The position numbers and the translations under genes are program-made. DNA of 54,685 nucleotides from assembly GCA_002104905.1 (NCBI GenBank), contig MCFE01000599.1:1-54685 (forward strand), given 5' to 3'. This stretch comes from Basidiobolus meristosporus CBS 931.73. Taxonomy: Eukaryota; Fungi; Basidiobolomycota. The notes under the pieces are model-generated. The model was given only the letters and a program-made list of their open reading frames with translations, was not told where the DNA came from and did no database searches. Position 1 is the stretch's first letter. Each line of letters starts with the position of its first letter. Below, piece after piece: positions 25,885 to 37,366 of this stretch.

Positions 25885-28029
25885 ATGACGGCTCACTTTA
25901 ATCTCAAAGATCTTTCTGTATTTTCCATTCCCAAACCTTTACTCAAGGAACTCCAACCTTGCAAAATATTGGAGAATTTCCACCAGTTATCCGAAAAGGC
26001 TAGCTCATCTGATGAAGAATGCGACCAACCTGACCTTTCCAAGCTGCAGATAGGAACTTCTTTGACCTGTGCTACTTGCGGTGGAGTCCGCTTTGAATCT
26101 GTCGAGGAGCAACGCGAACATGTCAGACTTGACTGGCACCGTTACAACCTGAAACGAAAAACCCTTGAAGGTTTCTCAGGTCCTATCACTGAGGAGGAAT
26201 TTGAATACATGATTGCAGGTATGTTTACCTTGCCATTTTGACGATCTAACTTATTTTCCTCAACTCACCTTTGGTGTTAACGTGATCTTAGATCTATCCA
26301 GCATTTCCGGCTCTAGTTCGGATGAGTATGATTCTGAGTCCGAAGAGGAAGAAGTGGATCTTTTGCTAAAAAAGCACGAAAAGGCTGTTATCCAAGACAA
26401 CCAAGCGGAAACTCCCACTGCTCAAAAAGTACGCAAGGGAATCTTTCAGTTACCCATTGTTTGGTTCGAGACACCTTCTTTAGGGGAACATAAGCGCCTA
26501 GGGATATACAAAAGCGTTCTAAGCGATACAAAAGACTCACTCGATGACATCACTGCCGACCAGCTTTCAAATCTGGTGGCCACCTTGCAAATTGATAAGC
26601 CAAAGTTGTCGAAAGCCTCAGTTTGGACTTTGATGATGATGGGTGGTGGTCATTTCGCATTTGCAGTGTTTGATAACGGCTACGATGGAAAGGTTTTATT
26701 CCATAGAACCTATCACAGGTATACAACGAGAAGACAACAAGGAGGCAGCCAGTCTAGAAATGATCAAGCCAAGGGAAAAGCTAGATCGGCCGGTGCGAGC
26801 ATGCGCCGTGAAAACGAACTTAAACTTCAGAAGGAGATCCGTGACTTAATGGTTGAATGCAAAGACTATCTACATCGAAGCTCGCGCATTTATACGCACG
26901 TCTCCGTTGCGAACAAAAATGTGCTCTTCAACTATGAAGACTCGGTCCTCAAAGCAGATGACCCGAGAGTTCGGAAGTTTCCGTTCAGTACGCATCGACC
27001 GGTAATCATGGTGGCCAAACTTATAACCAACGAAACAATGACTAATTCACTGCACTCTTCTAGACATTTAACGAGTTAAAAAGAGCATATAAAGAGCTTG
27101 TCACTGCCAAGATCGCTGAGATCCCCGAAGAAATATTGAATTTCCAAGCTTCGACTGTCACTCCGACGTCAGTGGCAACTGAACCGACACCAGTGACCAC
27201 CAATCATGAGGCTCTGGAAGAGCCTATTGACGAGGTAGATCCTCTACTGGATATCAAGACTAAGGCCATATCTTCCATTCGTAAAGGAAAAATGGCAATT
27301 TTCAAAAACCTTCTAGCCAAGCACCCCGAGCTCACGGTCACAGCAGATTTGTCAGCTCTGGAGCCAAAGTATCCCACGTTTTTACATCTGGCTTCGTTTG
27401 AATCTCGTCCAGACTTTGTCACGTATCTGATCAAAAACGGGGCTAATCCTGCAACGCCTGCTCTCTACGGAAAAACCCCAAAAGTTCCGTATGATGTGGC
27501 CAAGGACAAGAATACTCGGAATGCTTTTCGTAGACTAATGGCCGACTATCCGAACGAATGGGATTGGAAGGCTGCTCATGTTCCAAGTCCGCTGACCAAG
27601 GAGATGCTTGAAGAGCAAGAAAGAAAAGAACATGAGCGGGAGGAAAGGAAACGCAAGGAGTTGGAAAAGCAACACCAAAAATTGGATGCCGGTAAATCTG
27701 CCGAAAAGCCGAGTAAAGAGAAGGAGACGCCGCTGAAGACCACTACCAATTCATCTCGACGCTTGGATGGAGGTCGTCTCAAACCCGATGCCACAAGAAA
27801 TGTAGTTGGAACAATGACCCCTGAGGTGCGTGCACGGCTGGAGAGAGAGCGTCGTGCTAGAGCGGCGGAAATGCGTATGGCGGCCTTGGCTTCGCAACCA
27901 CCCACCGGCAACCCCAGCTCAAACGGTTGCGCTTACTGCAGCGGCTCACTAGCAGGCAAAGTGCCATTTGAGGCATTAGGAAAGAAATTTTGTAGTACGA
28001 AATGTGTTTCTGAGTATCGTAAACAGTAG
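25885..28029 (+). CDS. VMS1: Vms1/ANKZF1 ribosome quality-control factor; exons about 25885-26218, 26292-27001, 27064-28029
   Basis: Zinc finger CATCGG...QREHVRLDWHRYNLKR, VLRF1 domain GGGHFA...HRYTTRRQQGGSQS, ankyrin region TFLHLAS...LIKNGANP, coiled coil, VIM-like RERRARAAEMRM and C-terminal CAYC...FCSTKC. Canonical GT-AG introns keep the frame. Confidence 0.95.
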
Positions 28030-28796
28030 TTGTAGATTAAATGTCTTGTAGCATCAATACCAGTCAGATTGTATAATATACATAGTTTCACTGCATGCGC
28101 CATGAAGTTCTGCGACTCGTCGATTCATTAAACGGTTGTTTTGGCGAACACAACTTGATACAATATCGCTTTCGCCTCCATGAGCTCTTTGAATGATTGA
28201 ATAATGCGAGAATCATGGATTCCCTTATCTACGTCATTTCCAGCATTCCAAACAAATGGATCATTTCGTCGTCACATTATTGCCTTAACGACCGATTCAC
28301 GTGATTAACCAGTGCCAAGTCACTGGTTTCAAAGGCTGGGAGGAACGATCCCGACAAACCATCAAGCATGTTGCATGACCCTTTTGATCTTTTCGAACTG
28401 CGAGGTTTCCATGGAGCGCACCAAGAACGATGGGCTGTAGTGAGTGCTCCTGGCTTTGATCGATTTGCTATCTGTGGTCGATCAAACTGGTCTTTATGTG
28501 TCTGGAAGTCAGTCACCATATAGCTGACGGCTGGTTGCAGATTTCTGACGTCTAATTGATGAGATTTGATCCTATGATGTAACATTGAGGTATTATATCA
28601 ATACGAGATCGTCTATTTAGGTTAAACTAAATCCAATATCTTAATGTAACTTACTCCAACGATCACTTGACAGTGCCATCGAACTCATCCATAGCAATCA
28701 CCTCAACTAACGACAGTCCGGATCCTCCGTCAATTTTGCTTTAATCCTCCTCTCCCTCATATTTCTCCCTATTAATCCTCCGTATATAGTACCTTC

Positions 28797-31700
28797 ATGC
28801 GGTGTCCATGCTTTCCGAGAAAGAATCACGTCAAGCTTATCGAGAACTGCTATCCCAACATTCCGGGGAAGAAGCATCCGCAACCTAGTGAAACGTCATA
28901 TCTTGTATATTATGCCTCTTCAAAGCCCGCAAAACTTGTGAAGGTGGCCGAATATTTAAAAAAAAGAGTATCCAAAGATATTTATAAATTGCGTTATGTG
29001 TAAGCATTATCTCGCAGCAGCTTGCTCGGCAATCGCCAACTGACCTGTCCTATTGTTTGGTAGGGACGTTCTTGTTACTCTTGAGATTATCAACGAGCTT
29101 TTAATCGGCTGCAGCAAGGACGTCAACCTTTTTGCGACTGGTGTGCTGCATTCTTTATCCGTGATCCAGGAAGCCAACGATTTTGAAATGACCTGGGCTG
29201 CTGGCAATACGGTATGTCCCAATCCAAGTTGAAATACCCGACTTCGATGCTAAGACTCCAACATAGTTCCGCAAGTTCTGCTCGAAATACGACGGCACCT
29301 CTTTGGGTGTTAACCAAGAACTTACCAACGAGTTCGACGCGTTGGTGAATAGTTTTTGCGCCCTGGCAGCTCAAGACTCGGGGAAGGAAGCTGAGAGCAA
29401 GTAAAAAGCTAAGACTTGTCGAGCATATGCAATACAGCACATTGACATATTTCAATTGGGTACAACCACAGGTGGTACTTCGTTGGCTTGAGGGCTATCT
29501 ACGGGCTGGTCATTTCAAATGTGATCAAGACAACCCACGCAAAAAGTTACCTAAGAAAAATCATCTACTCAAGCCTATCCAATATCAACTCATTTGAGGA
29601 ATATCTAAGGTATCTTCCCTCATTCCACTAACCCTATACTCGCGTTTCCCGCTTGTAATACTTTCTTATCGTTACAGCGACGAGAGGCCCGACACACTCA
29701 ATTACTTGGGCGAGGATGTACCTTGTAATAAAGCCGATGTTGGTGGAGACTTATTAAATACCATCTCGCTGGAATGCGCTAAGCAGCTGATCCAAAATTC
29801 CTCCCCGTTGTATTTTCCGATCATCACCGAGACATTCTTCGGGTAAGACGGCCCTATATGCATCATATGGCAGAAGTGAGCTTCCGTTCTAAGCGGTTCA
29901 GTTTAGCTATGTGAAAGACAACAATCTTTACGAGAATCAAGACTATTGCATTGATCTGGCCCATTTCATCATGCTGAATGTTTCGGTAAGAACTGGTGCA
30001 AGGGTTTCCCCGACTCATACTAACCAACCCATCTTCAGCCCTCATACAGGCATATCATTGTAAATGAAATCCTGAAAATGCTGGAGCATTGCGAGGAAAT
30101 CGAGGTCGACCAAAAAAAGGCCACCTTGATGAATGTTATCGCATTCTGTCTTAACCATCGCATGGCCGCTTTAGGTTTGTCTGTACTTGAGGTGGTTAAC
30201 ACGCTGATCAAGCACCTGTTCAAGCTGCTGCAGTACAAGAATCTCACGATGAGGAATCCACACAGTGAGGAATTTACCCCTCTGGAGTCGGAATTCCGAA
30301 AGGGGATCGTTCAGAGTATTGGTACGTATCAACTCCCGGTTAATCGGCGCTGCCGTGCGCACTAAGCTTCGGCGTTTTGCAGGTGGATTGGCCACGCATC
30401 TATACTACTCCGAACAAATCAACGACACACTGCAGTTCTTGATCAACAAGCTCTCTATCGGGTGTAGTGAGAAAGAAGTGGATGGTGTGCCCATCTCTGC
30501 CATTCGAAGAGCGCTCCTCAAATGCATGAGAATAATGGTTGATATAAATGCCGAGGCGGTGAAAAAATCGCGCTATGATCACAGTGAGATCCCTTTCGAA
30601 ATGATCACGCCTACGCTGTGCCTGTTTGCAAATGAACATCCATGTATGGTCAAGTTTTCAGCGGTTCTTCATAAATCATGCAACCTCAACTCAATTGATA
30701 ATAGCGGTCCGTAAAGAATATGGGTTTTTCTTCCTGAGCTGCCTTGACAATTCAGACATTGGAAGGAGGTAAGTCGGGCGTATGGTGAATTCCCCAAGGA
30801 AGACACTAACATTGTGAGCTGCTGTTCAGTAATGCTACCTCCATCAAGTCGTCGATTAGCTCAACAAAGGTATGCATGACTTTCATGTTACTCCTTCGCC
30901 TTCTCACTAAATGCAGCCTCTGGTTTAGCACGTACATCGTACATCGGACCGCACACTCAAATTCCGGGCTTCTCTTCACGAGGCATTGTACAAGTACGCG
31001 CTGAAAGACTCCCTATTCCCCCTTGATTACTCGATCATTCTTTCTATTTTCAAAAAGTTGATCCAGCGCTATCAACATGAGGAATTAATCCGCGCCATTC
31101 CAGTCATGTTTAAACTGCAAGAGATAGCAGATTCGCTTGAGCACCCACATGCGCTAGATCAGTTGGTAGCCTCCTATTTTGAATATGTAGCGAAGACCCT
31201 TGAAATGCCTGCGCTCGAAGAGTACATAAGCGAGGTTATCAAGACGCGCAAGCAAGTGAGATGTTGGTATAATCCGCGTGATTGTAATATAGAAGATCTG
31301 AGAGATCTTGAAGGGAAGACCTTTGCCATGTTAACTGAAAAACCAACGATGTCCGAGCATTCTAGAAGAGTGAATATCGATCCAGAAGTCATCCGAAAAA
31401 TAGTGGCAGATGATGAGCTCTCACAACGTCAGTTCTCCGATCTCCAGAGGAGACTGAATCTGGAGTACGACCCAGAAGGCAGTAGCAGTGGTCTCCAATA
31501 CTCCTCAGCTAACTTATCCCCAGGTGTGACCGGAGCAAAGGTTCACCCCAAACTCTCTACCCCATTGATCATTCGACCACAACAGACTAATGAGCCAACC
31601 AAACCGCCGAAAGTCGAGAACCTATTGGAAGCCTTAAAGAGTGGAAACGACGACTCTAGCGACTTCTTGGATAGTGATTCTTCAGATGTTCTCCGCGAAG

Positions 31701-31831
31701 GGTCGGTGAATTCTGGAACAAAGAAATCTGAGAAATTAAAGCCGGATGTGGCCAATCTACTCAAGAGTATATCTGTGAGCTCCTTCACCAACCCTAACTC
31801 ACTTGTCAATACACCACATTTTCATAGTTGA
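28797..31831 (+). CDS. EFR3: EFR3 plasma-membrane PI4-kinase scaffold, multi-exon
   Basis: N-terminal HVKLIENCYP...PSETSYLVYYASSKPAKLVKVAEYLKKR is typical of EFR3. The next exon reads DVLVTLEIINELLIGCSKDVNLFA; later exons include GGLATHLYYSEQINDTL, followed by a low-complexity C-terminus. Confidence 0.9.
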
Positions 31832-33680
31832 CCACTAACTTTAACCATACTTTCCAATAAATACTCCAATTCCTCTGTCGCCGTTTGGTCGCCCGGATTT
31901 CAATTGTGACCACTAAATATGCTAGCACAGCCTCCTTCTCATGGCAGTATCAATCAAATCTATGCACTGATTCAGCAGAGTACATAGTTGGGAGCAATCC
32001 AATCCGAAGCAAATGCCTTCGTTCGATATTTGGCAGATGCCGAAAGCACACTCGAAAGTTCGTCTGCTTAGACGGAAGTAAATGGCATTAGCCAGATATT
32101 GGAAAACTCCCATGTGCATTCTGTGGTGAACATGCGATTCCCACCAACACAAACCATGCATCCGGGCGATGGGCCGATGATGGTCCATCAACTCATTAGG
32201 AAAGCGACACGGTAGTGTAAACATTGCAGCGCAGCACTACGCTACGAGATTAGTAAATCGCCATTGCTGGAGGAACCTTGAAGTGTTTTCCCACCCCTTC
32301 CCACAAACCTATTATGGGGAATAGTGATGTGATTTCGAATGGGTTTAGATCTAATGCAGTATGGCATTTTCGCCTCATGACTAGGTACTACTTCTAAATG
32401 GTGCGTGCCTGACGTAATACCAGTAACACAAACCATCCGCCTTTCCCCAACACCAGTTGCTAAATTTCCTTCGCAAGATACTTCGGCCACGAGTGAGATA
32501 CACGCAAGGAGATCACTGCTGAATACTCTAATTGACTCCTGGAAGCTGTACATTTTGCTGCGATGGAAAGTCCCTCATGCATCCCATTGAGCGGGGTTTC
32601 TGAGCATTGACACAAGGGTGGGTGTTTCGTGGTGTTTACCTGCTCAAGATCAAGAACCAGGCGATAATGGTGGAGGTTACTGCAATTCGATCAGTGTACC
32701 ACGTAATGGGGATTTCGGACATTAGCCTTCTGTGGCAGGTACTCGGCCGAGATTCATGTGGTACGAGATGAGGCCGAGATCCGTGACTGGGGAAAGTCTA
32801 AGGGAGTAAGCAGCATTCAAGATTTCGTCATGGCAAGGGCGTACAGCCATACGCCAGTTGAGAGGAAACCGACCCTTTAGGCTATATAGTGAATTATCAT
32901 TTCTGGTTTTTGCTGGCTGAAACCGGTCCCTGTCTGACCCACGTAAGGGTAAGGAGTGGGGAAAAGACGGTCCCCTGGTCGCCTCGTCAACAACACACCT
33001 GTATCAGAGAACATGCTCTGGGTGGAGGCGCGCTCGGGTCCAGAGGTTTAAGCTAGGTCCCATTTATTTACTTAGTCCCATCAGCAGGCACCACGGTAAA
33101 GACGTGGTTGGCTACCAATCGGTCTTGAAATCACTTGATTCAGGAATTGATGTAACTACCAGAACGCGGACTAGTGAAATTAGGCTCAATTCTCGAAATG
33201 ATCTATCGAGAATGCCCCGTGGGTCAATGGAACCTCGTACTAGGGAAAGCATCTTAGCATGGTCTTCCATAGGATATTTACAAAGCTGGTCGGGACTCCA
33301 AGTACTCACCTTCATATTGACCATAATCATACAGAGGAGGGGAATCAAGGAAAATACTCTTGGCTAGGACTTCTAGGAAAATTCAAAACCCTGCGCACAA
33401 TAAGCGGGTGTATAGCTAGAGATAGGTTAGGACCATAGGACTGTTGTGAAGACGAAATGGTACACTTTGGGGGATCAGCGTACGGTGGGAGGGATTTGGA
33501 GACAAGAATAAAAAGACTCAAGTATATACTTGAAATAGAAAACTAAAAGGTGTATCGTGTTGGCGTATTTTAAATCAACTATTATACTTTAAATGAATTG
33601 GACCGAATCGCTCTCGCAACGAGAGTTTCCTCGTGGATATCAGCAAGTGTTGTGTGCAGTTTGGCTTCCAACCCATCGCT

Positions 33681-34943
33681 TCAGGGGTCTTCACCTTTGG
33701 ATTCGCGTCGCGATTTCTTGGCCCAACGTAGTCCACAGGCGTTACAGAGTCTAGAAGAATGCTCGGTTTAGTTATCATGCAAGGATCTCCCCCACGAGAA
33801 GACTGTAAACTTACGTTTTGGGCCCATGAGGGCCTTTACGCCATTCTGGTGAATCCGTTTTGCCACACTCGGTACATACGCGATCAATATCGTCCTCCAA
33901 CTTGTGCTTTCTCTATGAGCATCAACGAAACATCAGCCATTGTTGGAAGCAATAGAGTGGCCCGTATCGCGATGTGTCGATGCCGCTACGCCAATCGAGG
34001 CATCTGGACCTACCTTCTTTTTGATTATCGTCGGTACGGCACTTGTTGCGGGTATAATGGGTTGGTCGTTTCTGGCTGTTATACAGGAATTTGAAGTTGA
34101 ACTGGATGACCCTCGATCGATACCACCACCTCTCAGGTCAAGTGAGATGCGAGGGTCTTCGCTGTATGGTATATCCTCTGGTTGCTCATCATCCGGCTCC
34201 TGGTTCATGTAATTCTGCGGGCTTGCATAATCTTCGTCAAAGCTAGCGCGTAATTGTTGAAGTTTCTGGCTCAATATTTCGTTTTCCAGCTTCAATTCTA
34301 AGATTTTATCCATATTGGATGTAGCCTTTAACGGATAAGGTCGGGCGATGCTGAAGAAACACTTCGTCTCGGTACTATTCCCCTTCTTGTATGGGTGTCC
34401 CTGAGCCTCGAGCATGACGAATCTGTCGTCTTTTTTCCGGAATCTATAGAACAGCTTGAAATTTTGTTCACTGATAGACTGCTTGATACACCGGATAAAG
34501 ATGTCGACATCATCCACATGGATGAAATCCACGATGTTCCTTCCTACCAATTCGGCGGGGGAATAGCCTACCAGAGGAAGTGACGAGGGGGAGCAGTACA
34601 TGAAACGACCGGCGGGATTGATAACATAGTACAGATCACTAAGCTGATCTATAATTCGGTGTGACCAATTCTTGCGTTTTGTGAATTCGATCAGGTGGGA
34701 ACCACTGATGGGGAAATTATTTTTGGAAATGGAAGTAGAGACTTGGGAATTATTTATAGAGTGTAGGAAAGGATTGGTGGTTGCGGAGGTCTGGGAGCTC
34801 GAAGCAGGCCTTGAGGTGTGGTTGAAGTCGGATTGAAAAGGCTGATATGAATAGGAAGACTGTGTAGTGTTCGTGGGATTTTCCGCGGGCTGAAGGCCAT
34901 GGCCGCTGGAGCTCGAAGCTTCCTGCGAGTTGGCTGGATTCAT
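33681..34943 (-). CDS. White collar 2-like PAS plus GATA zinc-finger transcription factor; exons 34943-34014, 33912-33815, 33750-33681
   Basis: [16 protein letters not shown] precedes a PAS domain ([22 protein letters not shown]...YRFRKKD), then coiled coil [10 protein letters not shown]. The spliced C-terminus [33 protein letters not shown] is a CX2CX18CX2C finger. No LOV domain is seen. Confidence 0.92.
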
Positions 34944-35910
34944 GCTCGAACACTATGGATGAAATGTGGAGGGGTTGTGATGGTAATAAGTGGGATTTGC
35001 TGAAAACAGGGCGGGATTTCTAGAACGCCTAGAGCTCTAGCCGCTATGGGGATAACTACGCCACAGGAGGTAAGGAGATCAATCGAGAGATTTTCTTGGC
35101 TTTTCTGCGAAGTTCAATGGATGAACGCTCCCAAGCGATCGTGGTGGGAAGGAGGGGGCAAAAACCACTTTGATAAAGAGCAGTGTGGATAATGCGATAA
35201 TGTACGGTTAGGCGCCTGAGAATATTAATACTAGATAAATTTTTCGGAAAAAATCCTATCTCTGACTAGCACACTCGGCTTACTATTATATGTACTCGGC
35301 AAAGGGCCAATTGAAAACATCGAGATGATTTAGGTCAAACTTCGATTTTTTTTTCGATCAGACGAAATGGGTTAGTGCACATCGAAATTATCCCTCATCT
35401 TACCCCTTATTGTCAGACATGTTGCTGATTTGGCCCATTTAATTTCCTGCTCTTCAAAATGGTATCAAGGCCTCATTTGGTGATCGAGCTTTAACATCGC
35501 AGACAGCGATCTCGGCATTCCGTGTCAGCCAGTTTAGCGGTTATTGATCCTCCAACTCTCAATCAGTTGGGTTGATTTGGCATCTGGCGCAGCAGATGTC
35601 AAGGATGCTCACAGAGCGGTGGTGCAGGTGACCCTTCGGGCTGGGAGACGGTCGAGATCAGATTCATATGCTAGCTAGCCCCAGTCTGAGCAGGCACATC
35701 TACCCAGCGCAATGTGGATTACTGATATATAAGAGATGACTGGGACTTGTCCAACCTGGATGTATCCATGCTGAATCAACACCACAATTCCTTCCAAACT
35801 GGGATATTTCAAATAGATTTATCAAAATACATGGGACACTGAGAGCATACTATTTTTCACAATACAAACACTATTATCTAACTTGGCACGGCCGGGCGGT
35901 GGGTACGGCT

Positions 35911-37237
35911 CTAATCCCTCCAGGCTGACTGGCCATCGGCGCCCACACGTTTAGGCTCGCTTCTGTCCAGCTCTTGGCGCAGGTCTTCGTTGTGGTACTT
36001 GATTCTGTCCGAGAAGTGATGGTTTGTGTCTCGATGCAACGCTTCGTCAGCACGAACCGCAAGAACCACGTCCCGGATAGTGGCGTCCTGCTGCAAGTTC
36101 CAATAGTCGATCGCAATCTGGGGCGCTGCCTTGTTTTCGATACGGCCTTCGTCAATCTCCTTCAAGAAGCCAGTGTATGAGATAACCGCCTCTTCCTCGA
36201 GATACCCCACGATTCTATTGGTGTTCGAAAGGTTACTGCGGTTCTTTTCTAATGGATTGTTATGGGCTTACCGGTGAGCAGTTTTGGGAGTGAGCAGGTA
36301 GACCAAGAAGAAGCAATTGAAGAAGACGCCCTGTGTTGGAAGAATGACCCGGTGAGTCTTAGCCCGGCCGTTGGGGATCTGGGGACAGTTACCTGTACGG
36401 CTACCACAAGCATTCTCTCCAAAATGGTGGGCTTACAGACCCTCATCCATGTGAGCAAGTGCATTCTAGGTTCGTTGGATTTAGCCCACATGATCACATA
36501 TATTCAGAGTACACAAGAAAATACCTCTCGTTCTCGGCCTCGTGAAGGAGATGGGTGATCCATCCTAGGTTTCTACATCAGCCAGTTTGCCAGACTGAGC
36601 GTGAAGACAAATGCTACCTACCTCCATCGTGCTTCATCTTGCGTAGGCTTCGCAAATGGCGAATCACACCTTGAGAGCATGTTAGTTATATACTGTGCAA
36701 TCAGGACGGAAACCACGCAACTTACCGCCAACCATTCCTGGCACGGCTGCCACAGTTTCGAGGGCCTACTCACGACAAGAGACGTCTTAATTCACACGCC
36801 ATCAACAAAATGCTCTGAGGAAGTGGACTTACCACCGCGCGATGTACATACTTCTTGCGGAAGAAGAGATCCGCGGGCACACGCAGCGACTTGACAATCG
36901 CCAGGGCTACTCTGTCACTGAAACTCGAGGGTGGATGATGCTTATTCAGACCAATGGCCAGGTTCTCTAGCTCTTGGGATGAGAGCCTGTGGGACATGAA
37001 TTCGTTTCGAACCGGTTTGGGATTAGTGGGATGCAGGAGCTCTCCAGGCATTTCATACATCTCCGGATTTACCGCGCCAATGGTTTGTTTTTGGGAGCTC
37101 TGCAAGTGGATCCCACGGGTGCAAATAGGCAATGTTCGCACCAACGAAGAGCGCAGCCCTAAAGCTCCGGCTGTCGGGGCCCAGAGACTAGCAGCTGGCA
37201 CGGCAGAGAAACGCTGAACAGCTTTGATCATGTTCAT
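35911..37237 (-). CDS. AOX: Mitochondrial alternative oxidase, multi-exon
   Basis: Spliced motifs [52 protein letters not shown] and [13 protein letters not shown] give all four di-iron Glu helices. A basic presequence follows ATG 37237. An in-frame upstream ATG at 37393 is possible but less likely. Confidence 0.96.
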
Positions 37238-37353
37238 ATCTGGAGGTAGGTTGGTTTCCTGAGGAGAAATAAGTCGAATGGATTCTGAATGGGCGTGTAC
37301 CAGAAATGTTGTGTATTTATGTGCGAAAAATCCTCTTAAACATTTTAACATGT

Positions 37354-37366
37354 CGGAAGGCATCGG
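37354..37366. promoter_or_regulatory. CGG-N7-CGG direct repeat upstream of AOX (AIM-like Zn2Cys6 site)
   Basis: Sequence tgtCGGaaggcatCGGaagc, i.e. two TCGGAAG copies 10 bp apart, about 120 bp upstream of the likely ATG and just upstream of a CATAAATA box. Confidence 0.45.
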
